Notes: generated by a model from the sequence alone, not told the origin. Positions 1-10,802 are shown, numbered from the stretch's first letter. The stretch: DNA of 32,000 bases from Promethearchaeota archaeon (GCA_048938295.1 JBHLMI010000005.1:76097-108096), one strand, 5' to 3'. Numbers and translations are program-made.

Positions 1-2
1 TT

Positions 3-977
3 CTGAGCTCCTATTATGCTGGAAACGCTAATGTAACCCGCACTCCAACGCGAATGCCACTCACGAACATGGAACTCACCTATGTCCTTCGCGATGCCAT
101 GGAGACATTAGACTTTCCAACGAGCGCCTTTCAAGCAGTAATTGGACCCGCTCGTCCTATTGCCCACTACATGGTTAACACAGCTCCGTTGAATGCGATG
201 GTATATTATGGTGATTCTCTGGTCGGTCTTGGATTAATGGCTCAGGCAATTCAACGGGGAATGCACTTTGTACCAGAGCTTGCGGGTAGTGGCGCTAGTC
301 TCGTCTGGAAGGATGTCGACATTGAAAAAACCGCAGCTTTTGTATCCCGTGCACGGTTCTTTGGGTCCGGGCAGATTTGCCTAGCAGCGAAGCGGTTGTT
401 CCTGCATGAGGCTATCTATGATGAATTCGTTGATGCATTGGTACAAGAAAGCGAGAAGCTGAAAGTAGGTTATCCTGCAGCTTCAGATACCGATTTGCCC
501 ATCGTGGGAAGCCGGGCCTTGTATCAACTCATCGATATGACACAAGAGGCGGTAAAGAAGGGAGCAAAACTCGAATGCGGTGGATATCGTATTGATGTCC
601 ATGGCGACCGAGATGCTGCTGGCTTGTTTTACAAACCCACCGTGCTCCGAGACGTACCGTTAGACTGCCAGATGTGGTATCAAGAAACCTTTGGGCCAGT
701 CTTACCTGTCATGAAGATTCGGAGTTTTGACCAAGCCATTACCCAAGCCAACAACACCCCTTATGGGATTCGTACATCGGTCTATAGTGAAGAACCGGAA
801 ATTTGGCAACGATTCTTTGATGAAATTGAAGCCCCAGGAGTTACAATTAACACAGACCATCTTCATTTCGATACCTTCTTCCCTCATCTCGGTGGACTCA
901 AAACGAGCGGCGTTTTTGGTGGTAAGTACTTCTATGAAGCGTTAACTTATCTAAAGTACCGACACTTTCCAGCGTGA
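3..977 (+). CDS. Aldehyde dehydrogenase family protein, 5'-partial (frame is open to the window edge)
   Basis: The frame is open upstream of ATG 54 (LSSYYAGNANVTRTPTRMPLT, equivalent to AGN..vlKP..P). Motifs PELAGSG (catalytic Glu), GQICLA (catalytic Cys), ETFGPVLPV and NNTPYG are present. Confidence 0.85.
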   Translation: MSSYYAGNANVTRTPTRMPLTNMELTYVLRDAMETLDFPTSAFQAVIGPARPIAHYMVNTAPLNAMVYYGDSLVGLGLMAQAIQRGMHFVPELAGSGASLVWKDVDIEKTAAFVSRARFFGSGQICLAAKRLFLHEAIYDEFVDALVQESEKLKVGYPAASDTDLPIVGSRALYQLIDMTQEAVKKGAKLECGGYRIDVHGDRDAAGLFYKPTVLRDVPLDCQMWYQETFGPVLPVMKIRSFDQAITQANNTPYGIRTSVYSEEPEIWQRFFDEIEAPGVTINTDHLHFDTFFPHLGGLKTSGVFGGKYFYEALTYLKYRHFPA

Positions 978-997
978 CCTCTTACGCCGTTTTATGT

Positions 998-1010
998 GAA
1001 AGCCTTTTAA
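998..1010 (+). promoter_or_regulatory. Candidate archaeal BRE + TATA box for the aminotransferase gene
   Basis: GAAAGCC-TTTTAA about 50 nt upstream of ATG 1058. Confidence 0.45.
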
Positions 1011-1057
1011 CCTACAACGTTCTGCAAAGGCACAGAGCTAGCAGGTGCTGGAAAAGC

Positions 1058-2221
1058 ATGTACGACGAAGAACTTACAAATTTAATGATTCCGGGACCAG
1101 TCCCTATTCATCCGCGCGTCTACCGAGCTATGTCACGGGTAATTTTCGGTCATCGAACTCCTGAATATCAAAACCTGTACAAAGAAACCGTATCGCTTCT
1201 TCAGCGACTATTGCAAACTGAACAGGACGTTTTGGTCTTCACTGGATCAGGTACAGCTGCAATGGAAGCTGCAATCGCAAATACCTTGGAACCCGGTGAA
1301 AAAGTCCTAAACCTAGTAAACGGGAAGTTCAGCGAACGCTGGTCCGAGTTGACCACCGCCTTTGGTGGAACGCCTGTCATTCAAGAGTATACTTATGGGC
1401 AAGCAGTTGATCCTGAAAGGGTGCGCGAAGCTCTGGCCTCCGATGCCTCTATTCGTATCGTTACGATGTGTCATAATGAGACATCTACAGGTGTATTGAA
1501 TCCTGCAAAAGAGGTAGGACAAATCGTTCGTGATTATGACCGCCTCTTCCTCGTCGACGGAATTACGTCGGTAGGTGGAGATTATGTCTTTCCCGATAAA
1601 TGGAATTTTGATATGTTGGTCACCGGAAGCCAGAAATGCCTTGGAGTTCCCCCTGGGCTAGGCGTCGTCTGGGTTGGCTCACGCGCATGGCAAAAAATCG
1701 GAGGACGAAAACAGCCAAGCCCCACCTTTTACCTGAATTTGTTGATGGCTAAAAAACGCTATGATGGGTTCGGTGACTCACCGTTCACGTCAGCAATTAG
1801 CCTCATGTACGGCCTTAACGAATCGCTCAAGATTATGTTTGAAGAAGGCTATGAGAATCGTGTCGAGCGACATCATCGACTGGGACGAATCACCCGCGCT
1901 GGTTATTTGGGCAGCGGATTAGATTTACTAGCGGACCCAGCCCACTATTCGAATACAGTCACAGCAGTGAAGTATCCCTCTGGAATCACTGACAAGGAAT
2001 TCCGTGGTCAGCTTCAAAATCTAGGGATATTAATAGCGGGTGGACAGGGTCCCGTGAAAGGTAAGATTTGGCGAACCAACCATATGAATATCTGCACGGA
2101 ACGCGATGTACTATCCACCTTGGCTATAATTGAGGTCGTGTTAAAGCGCTTGGGATACGAATTCCCCCTTGGATCCGGAGTCCTTGCTGCTCAAGAACAG
2201 TTATTGAAAGAAAAAATCTAG
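1058..2221 (+). CDS. PLP-dependent aminotransferase class V (serine-pyruvate/alanine-glyoxylate type)
   Basis: Motifs MIPGPVP, FTGSGTAAME, HNETSTG, VDGITS and TGSQKCLGVPPG (PLP Lys). Start moved from 974 to ATG 1058 because homology begins there and a TATA-like box lies within the extension. Confidence 0.92.
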   Translation: MYDEELTNLMIPGPVPIHPRVYRAMSRVIFGHRTPEYQNLYKETVSLLQRLLQTEQDVLVFTGSGTAAMEAAIANTLEPGEKVLNLVNGKFSERWSELTTAFGGTPVIQEYTYGQAVDPERVREALASDASIRIVTMCHNETSTGVLNPAKEVGQIVRDYDRLFLVDGITSVGGDYVFPDKWNFDMLVTGSQKCLGVPPGLGVVWVGSRAWQKIGGRKQPSPTFYLNLLMAKKRYDGFGDSPFTSAISLMYGLNESLKIMFEEGYENRVERHHRLGRITRAGYLGSGLDLLADPAHYSNTVTAVKYPSGITDKEFRGQLQNLGILIAGGQGPVKGKIWRTNHMNICTERDVLSTLAIIEVVLKRLGYEFPLGSGVLAAQEQLLKEKI

Positions 2222-2341
2222 AACTCGGCATATCATAACACGTCATCCTTATAGCCGGTGAGGAGAATCAATTAACGTCGTAGAAAATCAGTGATTTGAC
2301 GTCCTACGTGAGAGACCGAATCAGAATTGAAGTGAACCAAA

Positions 2342-5300
2342 ATGACCCCAAATGATGAGAAACCTCCAGCTGCTTTAAAAAAGGAAGAAAGTGCTGATCA
2401 AAGTGCAGCCTCCATTGAGATTTCGTCTGAGTTATTAACAGCGTTGCAGATGCCGTTTAAGCTCACGGAGTCTCAAAGTCGTGCTTATACCGTCTTGTTG
2501 GTATTGGGTCAGTTGACTGCAGATGAGATCAGCAACTATTCGGGTATCCCGATGACCAAGATAAAAAGCACCATTAAAACCCTTGAAGAAAAGCAGCTAA
2601 TCAAGCCCCTACCCGGTGTTGTCACACGCTACCGAGCATTTGCACCCTACAAGGAGCTTGCTGATGAAGTTCAATCGTTCACTAAAGACACTGAAAAATC
2701 TTGGAAAGAATTGCAAAAACTCCAGACACAAACGTTGAGCGAAATCCATGATGAGCTACAAACAATGACAAGGCAGACTCGCAGCGCCTTAGAGAACCTG
2801 AACGAACGGCAGGGAATTGCGTTAAACGAAGCGGCAATGGCTACTAACATTGTTTTAAGCAATGTTGCTGAAAACCTGCAGAAATCCTTGGATAACCTTA
2901 CAACGGAGAATGTGAATGATATCTCTGAACATACTACATCAATCCAACAGGCGCTCAGCACCCTCATTGATAAGGGAAGCACCCAACTAGATGCCGATCA
3001 ACAACTCGCCTTAGATGATGCATCAAAGGCAATGAGTGCCCACCAAGAAGAAACGAACCAATGGATTAGCTCCACATTGGAACAACTCTTAGATCAAACC
3101 TCTGGAAGTACCCAGCAAATTACAACCTGGTTAGATGACGCAAAGGCCCTTTTCGACCGTAACATTGATTTTAGCATGAAAAGCGTTGCGTCTGAAGTCA
3201 CTTCACAGAAAGTAGAAACCACGGATATCATCGAGGATACTGCGAATACCGTTACAGATGAAATTACAACCCACACTCAAGAGACACAAGGAGTATTAGC
3301 TGCTTTACAAAAGGAAACCAAACAGATTTTGACGAAACACCATCAGGAGCTCTCATCTCAAATACAAGATATGTGGGCACAGCAGACACAGGCTTTGGAC
3401 AATGCAATTATGGACCTCGAAAAAACCGTTCAAAAGGAAAATCAGCAACTAATTCAGGAGAGGGATACAGCTGCTGCAACAATGAATACAAAAATAAAAT
3501 CAGGGTGTGAAGACTCAATAAAAAGTATTGAAACGCTGTTTCAAGATTTAGAGAAAACTCAACAGCACGCTAGTTCCGAGTTACGACAACTCCACAAAGA
3601 AGCTGAAACGACCATTGCACAATGGCCTCCCTCATCACTGAATTTTTCACAATTCTCTAAAATCAAAACTACAACATCGAAATTAATCGAGCAAGTAAAA
3701 ACTGAACAAAATCAGCTGCTGGACAGCACAAGCCAAGATTTAGCCACTGAAATGCAAGATACCTACGTAGCAAGGCTTCTCGAAGTCCAGAACCTATTAC
3801 AGGCACTCATTGAAGAAGGTAAGTCACAGAAAACCAAGCTTACGGAAAATTTCAAATCAATTGCTGATCAAGTTGGACGACGACTCAAGCGCCGATTGGC
3901 TATAATACAGAAAACAGCCCAGACATTTCTATCGAATTTTCAGTCCAATGTGGATTCATTAGAAGCCCAATATCAGGCCCTTGGCAAACAAATGCAAAAA
4001 CTTCTCAAAAACGAGGCGAACGCCACTCTTAAAGCCCTCGAAGAAACTGAAGTCCAAATCAAGGAGCGCACTGACACCCGATTACTCCAGGCACAAGACA
4101 CCATAAATCAGTCAGCGCAAGAGAACCTGGCAAAAGCCACGAAAGAACAAGAGGGCAGTCTAAAACAAGTGAAAACCTTCCAAGCAGCAATGAAAAACAC
4201 AATTAAGGAAACAACTAAAGAATTACAGCAAGAATTTACCAAGCTTGAAGGTATCGTTAGGCAATATTCTGATGGAATTGAAAGTACAGCTGATAAGTTC
4301 CGTGCCGAACAAATTCTAAAAATCGAAACGGCAATTGAAAAATACCAACCTGCATTCACAAGGCTACAATCGACTCGTGATAATGCGATCACTCTCGCCA
4401 TGAATTCATTGGCAGCTCAGCTTACCAAACGACACCAAAACACTTTGAATGACTTCAACACCCTCATGTTAGAAAACATCCCAGTCTATGGCCTCTCAGC
4501 ACTGGATTCCTACCAAACTACTTTTCAAAAAAATGCAACCGCTCTAGAAACTGAAGCCTTATCAGCAACAGAGTCTGCAATCCTGAAGCAACTCACTGCA
4601 TCAGAACTCGAAACCATTGATACAGGGATTACAAAGGCTTTTAGCAAACAAATAGACGATGTTTCGGCGAGTCTCCAAGACTTCCTCGCAGGTCAACAAA
4701 CACTGCAGGATTCACAATCGGAAACTGCATTAAATCTAGCACAAGATGAGTTGATCGAAGTATTCGAGCAGCAAATCTCCAAACACAACGAGATGCTCGC
4801 GAAATCGTTCATAAGTAAACTAAAACCTGTTTTAAGCAAATGCAAAACCAAGATTTCAAAACAGATAAGCCGTGAAGAACAAATCAGCAAGATAATCCAG
4901 ACAACACACAAAAAGATCAAGACATCGCTCGCACCAATTGTAGCTAGACGTTCAAAGGCTATTCGTGATAAACTCGATGAAGAGCTCGAATCAACCTTTC
5001 AAACTCTTATCTCTCAACTAGAAAAACAGACCAACCAAGAAGCTAAAGTTACAGAGATTATCGACTCAACAGCGACCAATCTAGAAAAGTTATCAGAAAC
5101 CCAATTCAAGAAAGAGCCCAAGGAAAACCTAAACGAACAAGTATCGAATCTCCTGGCAATTTTCACTGAATACCAATCAGCCATAGAACGTCAACACATG
5201 ACTAATACAAAAAATATCACCACTAAATTTCAAGATTTGTTTAAAGAAATGATAGAGACAAGTTATGTAGGGAGCTTGAAATCACAGATAAATAGCCTGC

Positions 5301-7720
5301 TCCAAAAAACTTGCATAGAAGTGTTAAGGCTCTATCGAACAAAAATTGCGGCAGAACAGACAACCGTGATAGAAAAAGCAGAGGCAGCCTATCAAACTGC
5401 ATTAGATAAGCAACTCCGCACTCAAATGCAACCCAGAATCCATGAGTATTCAACCTCTGAAAGTCCAACAATCAACACTGTAATTGATGAAACAAAAACC
5501 GTTCTTGCCGAGACAACCAAAAATGCTGACGCAAACAGTCGAACTCTCATTGAAAAGTACTGGTTACCTCTGACAAAAATCATTGAGGAATATTCCTCTG
5601 TCGTAGTGGGTAACCTCACAGCTCTAAACACGGCTACCGGCTCTGCAGTCGACCAGACCACCATGAACGTCAACACGACCCTGACGAATTTCGAAGATGA
5701 CTCAAACAAGCTATTGTCAGCTACGGTTCAAACCTTTGATCGAGAAAAAAGTGCAATCAACGAGCAAATCACACAAAGTTTCACCGAATTGCAGGAGGAC
5801 TGCATCGCGCAGCTTCAAGAAGCTCAAACCCTCCTTGAAACATTGAATACTGATATAGTGGCACGAAAGGCTACAACGACAGAAAAAATCGAAAGCATGG
5901 CTGGAGAAATTGATGCCACGACGACCTCACACTATGCAACCACCCGAAAAATCACCAATGCCTTTGTAGAGAACGTCCAAACTGAGTTAGCAACCCAGGA
6001 AGAACGAGTTGAGAACCTCAAGAAAAATATCCAAGATCTAATCCACAAACAAGGAGTGGTCCTAAACGAGGGAGTGGATCGAATCCTAACACAACTGGTT
6101 GAGTTCTCGGAAACGCAAATACCAAAAATGCAAGGCATCATCGAAGAGAGCGGGCAAAATTACGTAAATCGCATCGAAGAGCAAAGAGCTAACACAGACC
6201 ACCACTTTGAAGAATTTGCACTCACTCTCTCGAAAGAACTAGACAAGTATACTTCAACATTACAACAAGAGCTAGAACAACTACAAACCATTACCTCGAA
6301 ATTAGTTGAGCAAATCGGAAAAGCCACTGACACTATTGATACAGAAATTACCAAAGAAACTGATACCAGCAAAGTGAACCTACTCAACACGATTAACGCT
6401 CAACAGCAGGTGTTGAATCAGGATATTAGCTCAACGTTTCAATCACTAGCCAAGAAAACACAACAAATTCAGGTCCAACTGCTAGATAAACTGAATCGTG
6501 TACGAGATGAAGGAAGAGAAGCACTTGACCAAGACCAGACCGAAATCACTACTGCCTTAGATACCACTCTTAACACGACAGTGAACAAAAAAGAACAAGC
6601 CATTCAAGCACAACTCGAAACACAGAAGGCAAAAAATCAAGCCCTGATCACTCAACTAGGCGAAACTCTGTCAGCCATTAGAGATAGCGTAACTACAACC
6701 TCAGATAGTCTCCAAGAATCAGTAACATCTGCGTTGATGAACGTTCAAGCCGAACTCATAAAAATTCACTCGAATTCAAGGACACTAATAGAAGAAACGG
6801 ATCAAACCCTTAGAACTGAGATAGGAGAGGAAGCTGAAAAGACTCTGCAAAGCCAAACCAAATCGATAGGTTTAACCGATTCTCGATTAAAGCGAGCAAT
6901 ACAGGATAGTATCCGCCGAACGAAGGAAAGCCTACAAAGTTTGAAAGGCACAGCATCAACTGATCTTCAGCAAAAGAACAAATCCTTTGTTGCATCCATC
7001 ACTCAGACACTAGAGAACGTTAAAGATGGGCTAATGACTCAAACTCAGCAAACAGGTAGGCGTATTAGTCGTACCCTGAGCAAAGAACGCCAAACTCTGA
7101 AATTAGAATATCAGACTCTGGAAAAAGAAATTACTACACGAGCTAAGACCGCCGAGACAACAGCCGTAAATTCGCTGCAGCTCTTCTCGACACAAACTGA
7201 GCCAACTCTAGACCGCTTGCGAACACAGGCAAGTCAAACGGAAGAAATTCTCATCGGTCTATGGGATACACTTACAAAACTAGAACCCGCTGAGGCTGAA
7301 CGAACTTGGCGTATTGTTACGTGCGAAGGGATTCAAAACCATTTGTTGGATATGTTGCGAAGAATTGACGAAACAATCACCTTGGTATATCCCTCGTTTG
7401 ATGAGGTGCCGGTAACTGAGCTGAGTAAGATTCAACCACAAAGCCGTGTACATATAATTACCACGTTGGATAGAGAAAAACAGCTGGCTAGTGCTCAGAA
7501 GCTCTTACAACAAGGGAATATTCGAATCTGGGATAACCCGAACATGGAGTTCTACGGTGGATCCAGGGATGGAGAAGAAGTTCTCATCGCACCCACTTAT
7601 GGAAATCAAGGGGAAATCGTTGCTGTCGTCAGCGACCAAGCAAGTTACATTGCATTATTCAATCAAACGCTAGGACCACGGTGGGTTTCCGCATCGGAGG
7701 AAATTCGTCTTCGAAGTTGA
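2342..7720 (+). CDS. 1792-aa protein: N-terminal TrmB-type winged HTH, about 1500 aa helical region, C-terminal TrmB effector (PLD-like) domain
   Basis: N-terminus LGQLTADEISNYSGIPMTKIKSTIKTLEEKQLIKPLPGVVTRYRAFAP is TrmB HTH-like. C-terminus WRIVTCEGIQNHLLDML...RDGEEVLIAP is TrmB C-terminal-like. The middle is Q/E/T/K/L-rich and poor in Pro/Gly. Confidence 0.75.
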   Translation: MTPNDEKPPAALKKEESADQSAASIEISSELLTALQMPFKLTESQSRAYTVLLVLGQLTADEISNYSGIPMTKIKSTIKTLEEKQLIKPLPGVVTRYRAFAPYKELADEVQSFTKDTEKSWKELQKLQTQTLSEIHDELQTMTRQTRSALENLNERQGIALNEAAMATNIVLSNVAENLQKSLDNLTTENVNDISEHTTSIQQALSTLIDKGSTQLDADQQLALDDASKAMSAHQEETNQWISSTLEQLLDQTSGSTQQITTWLDDAKALFDRNIDFSMKSVASEVTSQKVETTDIIEDTANTVTDEITTHTQETQGVLAALQKETKQILTKHHQELSSQIQDMWAQQTQALDNAIMDLEKTVQKENQQLIQERDTAAATMNTKIKSGCEDSIKSIETLFQDLEKTQQHASSELRQLHKEAETTIAQWPPSSLNFSQFSKIKTTTSKLIEQVKTEQNQLLDSTSQDLATEMQDTYVARLLEVQNLLQALIEEGKSQKTKLTENFKSIADQVGRRLKRRLAIIQKTAQTFLSNFQSNVDSLEAQYQALGKQMQKLLKNEANATLKALEETEVQIKERTDTRLLQAQDTINQSAQENLAKATKEQEGSLKQVKTFQAAMKNTIKETTKELQQEFTKLEGIVRQYSDGIESTADKFRAEQILKIETAIEKYQPAFTRLQSTRDNAITLAMNSLAAQLTKRHQNTLNDFNTLMLENIPVYGLSALDSYQTTFQKNATALETEALSATESAILKQLTASELETIDTGITKAFSKQIDDVSASLQDFLAGQQTLQDSQSETALNLAQDELIEVFEQQISKHNEMLAKSFISKLKPVLSKCKTKISKQISREEQISKIIQTTHKKIKTSLAPIVARRSKAIRDKLDEELESTFQTLISQLEKQTNQEAKVTEIIDSTATNLEKLSETQFKKEPKENLNEQVSNLLAIFTEYQSAIERQHMTNTKNITTKFQDLFKEMIETSYVGSLKSQINSLLQKTCIEVLRLYRTKIAAEQTTVIEKAEAAYQTALDKQLRTQMQPRIHEYSTSESPTINTVIDETKTVLAETTKNADANSRTLIEKYWLPLTKIIEEYSSVVVGNLTALNTATGSAVDQTTMNVNTTLTNFEDDSNKLLSATVQTFDREKSAINEQITQSFTELQEDCIAQLQEAQTLLETLNTDIVARKATTTEKIESMAGEIDATTTSHYATTRKITNAFVENVQTELATQEERVENLKKNIQDLIHKQGVVLNEGVDRILTQLVEFSETQIPKMQGIIEESGQNYVNRIEEQRANTDHHFEEFALTLSKELDKYTSTLQQELEQLQTITSKLVEQIGKATDTIDTEITKETDTSKVNLLNTINAQQQVLNQDISSTFQSLAKKTQQIQVQLLDKLNRVRDEGREALDQDQTEITTALDTTLNTTVNKKEQAIQAQLETQKAKNQALITQLGETLSAIRDSVTTTSDSLQESVTSALMNVQAELIKIHSNSRTLIEETDQTLRTEIGEEAEKTLQSQTKSIGLTDSRLKRAIQDSIRRTKESLQSLKGTASTDLQQKNKSFVASITQTLENVKDGLMTQTQQTGRRISRTLSKERQTLKLEYQTLEKEITTRAKTAETTAVNSLQLFSTQTEPTLDRLRTQASQTEEILIGLWDTLTKLEPAEAERTWRIVTCEGIQNHLLDMLRRIDETITLVYPSFDEVPVTELSKIQPQSRVHIITTLDREKQLASAQKLLQQGNIRIWDNPNMEFYGGSRDGEEVLIAPTYGNQGEIVAVVSDQASYIALFNQTLGPRWVSASEEIRLRS

Positions 7721-7744
7721 GAACCTAGATTGTATAAAACAACG

Positions 7745-9484
7745 CTATTCGGTGCGACCAACCCGGTTGGTCGCAGCCTTCCGGTGGAACTGAGAATTGT
7801 AGAGTTCTTGTACCCGGTGGATGGTGTCAGCTTCATTCGGATCTTTATCGTACCGTAGCCGTTTAATTCGTGCGAAGCGAAGCGCCATGCCGGACTTGTA
7901 CGTAGGACTTTTTTGAATCTCATCATATTCAACTTCAACCACAATCCGTGGATGTACTTTGACAACTCCACCACGTTGTTCAATCTTAAGATCCAAGAGA
8001 CGTTGGGTAATCTCCACAAATTCTGCATCTGTTAGTCCCTTGAAGGTTTTCCCAAGCATGTGAAACTCTCCAGTTTCAGGATCCTGCGCGGCAAGGTGAT
8101 AATCACTTAGCCATTTATGCCGTCGCCCAGTCCCCCATTCAGCTGCAATAATCACCAGGTCAAGGGTCTCCATACTTTGTTTAACCTTTAACCAAGCCTT
8201 TCCTCGTATACCTGGCTGATACCTACTGTCCAGACGTTTCGCAACTAGACCCTCATGGCCAGCCTCGATGGCTTTCTCAAAAAAGGATTGGGCTTTATTG
8301 GAATCGGAGGTCACGAGTTGTTCTACCAATGGAATTGCCCCACTAACTTTCTCAAGGAGCTCCCGTCGGGATTGATACGGTGAATCGATGAGGACATTCC
8401 CTTCTTCCATTAACAGGTCAAACAAGTACAAGGTTACAGGGATCTCAGCAATCATTTCTTCAACTTTCCTAACTCGCCGGAACCGTCGCATTAGATGTTG
8501 AAAGGGATGTGGACGTCCATCTGGCCCCTCTGCAAGCACCTCTCCTTCAAGGATACAACTTTGCAAACTAACCTGATTGCCAACCAAATCTACTAGATCA
8601 GGAAGACTTGTCGTAACATCGGTCAATCGGCGACTGTAAATACGTATCTGTGTTTGGTGATTTTCTCGTTGTAGGTGAATCTGAACACGGGCGCCATCCA
8701 GCTTCATTTCAAAAGCTGATGTTCCATCATGGATTTTTAGGGCATCTTCGACATCTTCGGCTTGGGCAGCTAACATAGGAAGCAATGGAACGAACGCACA
8801 AAGCTTCACATTTTTCAATCCTTCAGAACCCTGATGGAAAGCTGTCCTTGCTACTTGACCAATATTTCCGGTAAGCATATTCGCGCGGCGAACCAGGTCC
8901 AGAGGTATATTCAGCTTTCGTGCAATGGCACTTTCTAGCATTCCAGCACTGAAACCTATCCGTTGATCCCCCACAAGCAGTTTTGTGATATACTTAGCTT
9001 CTAGCGGTTTAGCCCGCGTAAATAAGGCTCGGAGTAATGCGGTTTTTCGTTTTCGGGACCCTGAACCTTGTGCATCTGCGATTTCGGTAAAAGTAGAATG
9101 GACATCTTGTATTGTCAAAGGCGTTGTAAACAATGTCGATTGTCGAATAGTTCCTGAGCGAAGATACAACTGGTATACAACTTCGCCAATATCCCCTGAT
9201 TGTGCAAAGAGTTCATTTAACAATTGACGCGGGGGATGCAGAAGCTCCTGGAGAATCTGATTGAGTGCTTTCCAATCAAGAGCCAACGTCCGTTGGCTAG
9301 TCCGTGGAAAAGGACGACCAATAAGGAGTAAGGTCCCAATTTCAGTTTCCTCAACCGATAAATTCGCTAGGAACGTCCCAGCCATATCCATTTTCTCTAA
9401 ACGACTCGAGGTTCCCATAATAGCCTCAGAAACTTCTGCCAAGACCTGAAATGGAGTTGCTGGATTAGCAGCCGCCTTAGACAT
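7745..9484 (-). CDS. lig: ATP-dependent DNA ligase
   Basis: Adenylation motif EMKLDGARVQIH, plus ILEGEV, YLFDLL, HEGLVAK, WLKVK and LRFAR. ATG at 9484 (TTG 9487 is an alternative). Confidence 0.97.
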   Translation of the reverse strand: MSKAAANPATPFQVLAEVSEAIMGTSSRLEKMDMAGTFLANLSVEETEIGTLLLIGRPFPRTSQRTLALDWKALNQILQELLHPPRQLLNELFAQSGDIGEVVYQLYLRSGTIRQSTLFTTPLTIQDVHSTFTEIADAQGSGSRKRKTALLRALFTRAKPLEAKYITKLLVGDQRIGFSAGMLESAIARKLNIPLDLVRRANMLTGNIGQVARTAFHQGSEGLKNVKLCAFVPLLPMLAAQAEDVEDALKIHDGTSAFEMKLDGARVQIHLQRENHQTQIRIYSRRLTDVTTSLPDLVDLVGNQVSLQSCILEGEVLAEGPDGRPHPFQHLMRRFRRVRKVEEMIAEIPVTLYLFDLLMEEGNVLIDSPYQSRRELLEKVSGAIPLVEQLVTSDSNKAQSFFEKAIEAGHEGLVAKRLDSRYQPGIRGKAWLKVKQSMETLDLVIIAAEWGTGRRHKWLSDYHLAAQDPETGEFHMLGKTFKGLTDAEFVEITQRLLDLKIEQRGGVVKVHPRIVVEVEYDEIQKSPTYKSGMALRFARIKRLRYDKDPNEADTIHRVQELYNSQFHRKAATNRVGRTE

Positions 9485-9585
9485 CAAGAGCCCCTTCTTT
9501 TCCTCAAAATCCTCCCCTCCTACAACCTTAAAAAGTGTGCTTCATTACATCCATGATAACTTCCAATTACGCAGGTTCTGAAAAA

Positions 9586-9924
9586 ATGAAAGTCCATGAA
9601 TTAACTTCTGCATCCCGAAGTGTCAACATCCGATTGCGTATCCTTTCCTTGGAGCCCGTTCGAGATGTGGAGACACGCTATGGTAAAGCCCGAGTGGCCA
9701 CCGCACAAGCGGGTGACGAAACCGGTACGATCAAGCTCTCATTGTGGAACGATGATATTGACATGATCGATGAAGGGGCCATTGTTGAAGTTGAAAACGG
9801 GTTCATCAAAACGTTTCGCGGGGAAATGGAACTATCCGCAGGACGGTATGGAACCATCGCCCTAGTTGATGATCCAAAGTTTCCTTCACGGGAAGAAATT
9901 ATGAGCAAACATCCTGGCGAATAG
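9586..9924 (+). CDS. ssb: Single-OB-fold single-stranded DNA-binding protein (crenarchaeal SSB-like)
   Basis: VNIRLRI...GDETGTIKLSLW...EGAIVEVENGFIKTFRGEMELSAG matches the archaeal single-OB SSB pattern. Start placed at ATG 9586. Confidence 0.88.
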   Translation: MKVHELTSASRSVNIRLRILSLEPVRDVETRYGKARVATAQAGDETGTIKLSLWNDDIDMIDEGAIVEVENGFIKTFRGEMELSAGRYGTIALVDDPKFPSREEIMSKHPGE

Positions 9925-9965
9925 TCCAACGCTTCAGGTCCAATAGTGTGTGAGGGAAGCTGTAA

Positions 9966-10802
9966 TTGATTATTGATCAATTCTTTGCTTGGTTACATGC
10001 TGTCGATGTATGGGTTGAAGGGCTCATGTGGCTCCTAATCTCATGGGTCCATACCTTAGGCCCTCTTGGCGTGTTTATCGGCGTAATGATTGAGACCTTT
10101 ATCGCACCGATTCCTTCACCCCTTGTTCCAATGGCAGCAGGAGCCATCCTAACCATTGGGTTAGATCCGGTGCAGGCGCTTCTTGTCATCCTATTTAGCG
10201 TTATGTTTGTTGGGGCCCTTGCAGCCACTATTGGATCGTTTTTTGCCTATGGCATCGCTTACTTTGGCGGTTATCCTATCATCGAACGATATGGCAAATA
10301 TTTTGGTTCTTCAATCGAAGAAATTGAATATACACGACTGAGCTTGGAGAAGTCTTCACGAGATGAAATCTTCCTATTCACGGCCCGTGTAGTGCCAATT
10401 GTTCCCCTCTCAGTTGTTTCACTACTTTATGGAGCCATCCGATGGAATCCAAAACGCTATACACTCCTCACGTTCTTGGGTTGCTTACCACGGTATTTTG
10501 TTCTGGGTCTTTCGGGGTGGCTTTTAGGATTTGTCTTGCTAAGTATCATCGATTTCTTTGAAACGATTATTCTGGCATTTGTCCTCATCTTCTTTGTCGG
10601 CTTTGTGCTTTACCGAATAGTCATCCGCCGGCGCTCACAACAGATGCAGGCGTCAATGAAAAAGGAGGCACCAAAGACTGACGATTCAGCTAGCCTTCAG
10701 AGTGAGGATTACCAACAACTGCCGGTCGTAGCTCGAAGAAAAACATCACTTTACAGCCCTGGTTTTGGAGATCCGCTTGGAGAGCTGCCGCACGACCCTT
10801 AG
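9966..10802 (+). CDS. DedA/VTT family membrane protein
   Basis: Motifs IETFIAPIPSPLV, YGIAYFGG and ARVVPIVP..VSLLYGA...Y.LLTFLG.LPR, with several TM segments. Confidence 0.9.
   Translation: MIIDQFFAWLHAVDVWVEGLMWLLISWVHTLGPLGVFIGVMIETFIAPIPSPLVPMAAGAILTIGLDPVQALLVILFSVMFVGALAATIGSFFAYGIAYFGGYPIIERYGKYFGSSIEEIEYTRLSLEKSSRDEIFLFTARVVPIVPLSVVSLLYGAIRWNPKRYTLLTFLGCLPRYFVLGLSGWLLGFVLLSIIDFFETIILAFVLIFFVGFVLYRIVIRRRSQQMQASMKKEAPKTDDSASLQSEDYQQLPVVARRKTSLYSPGFGDPLGELPHDP

Noticed and set aside
2342-7720. SMC or chemoreceptor assignment for the giant helical protein
   Set aside because: No Walker A/B or signature motif, no hinge recognised, no TM segments and no MCP hairpin signature.
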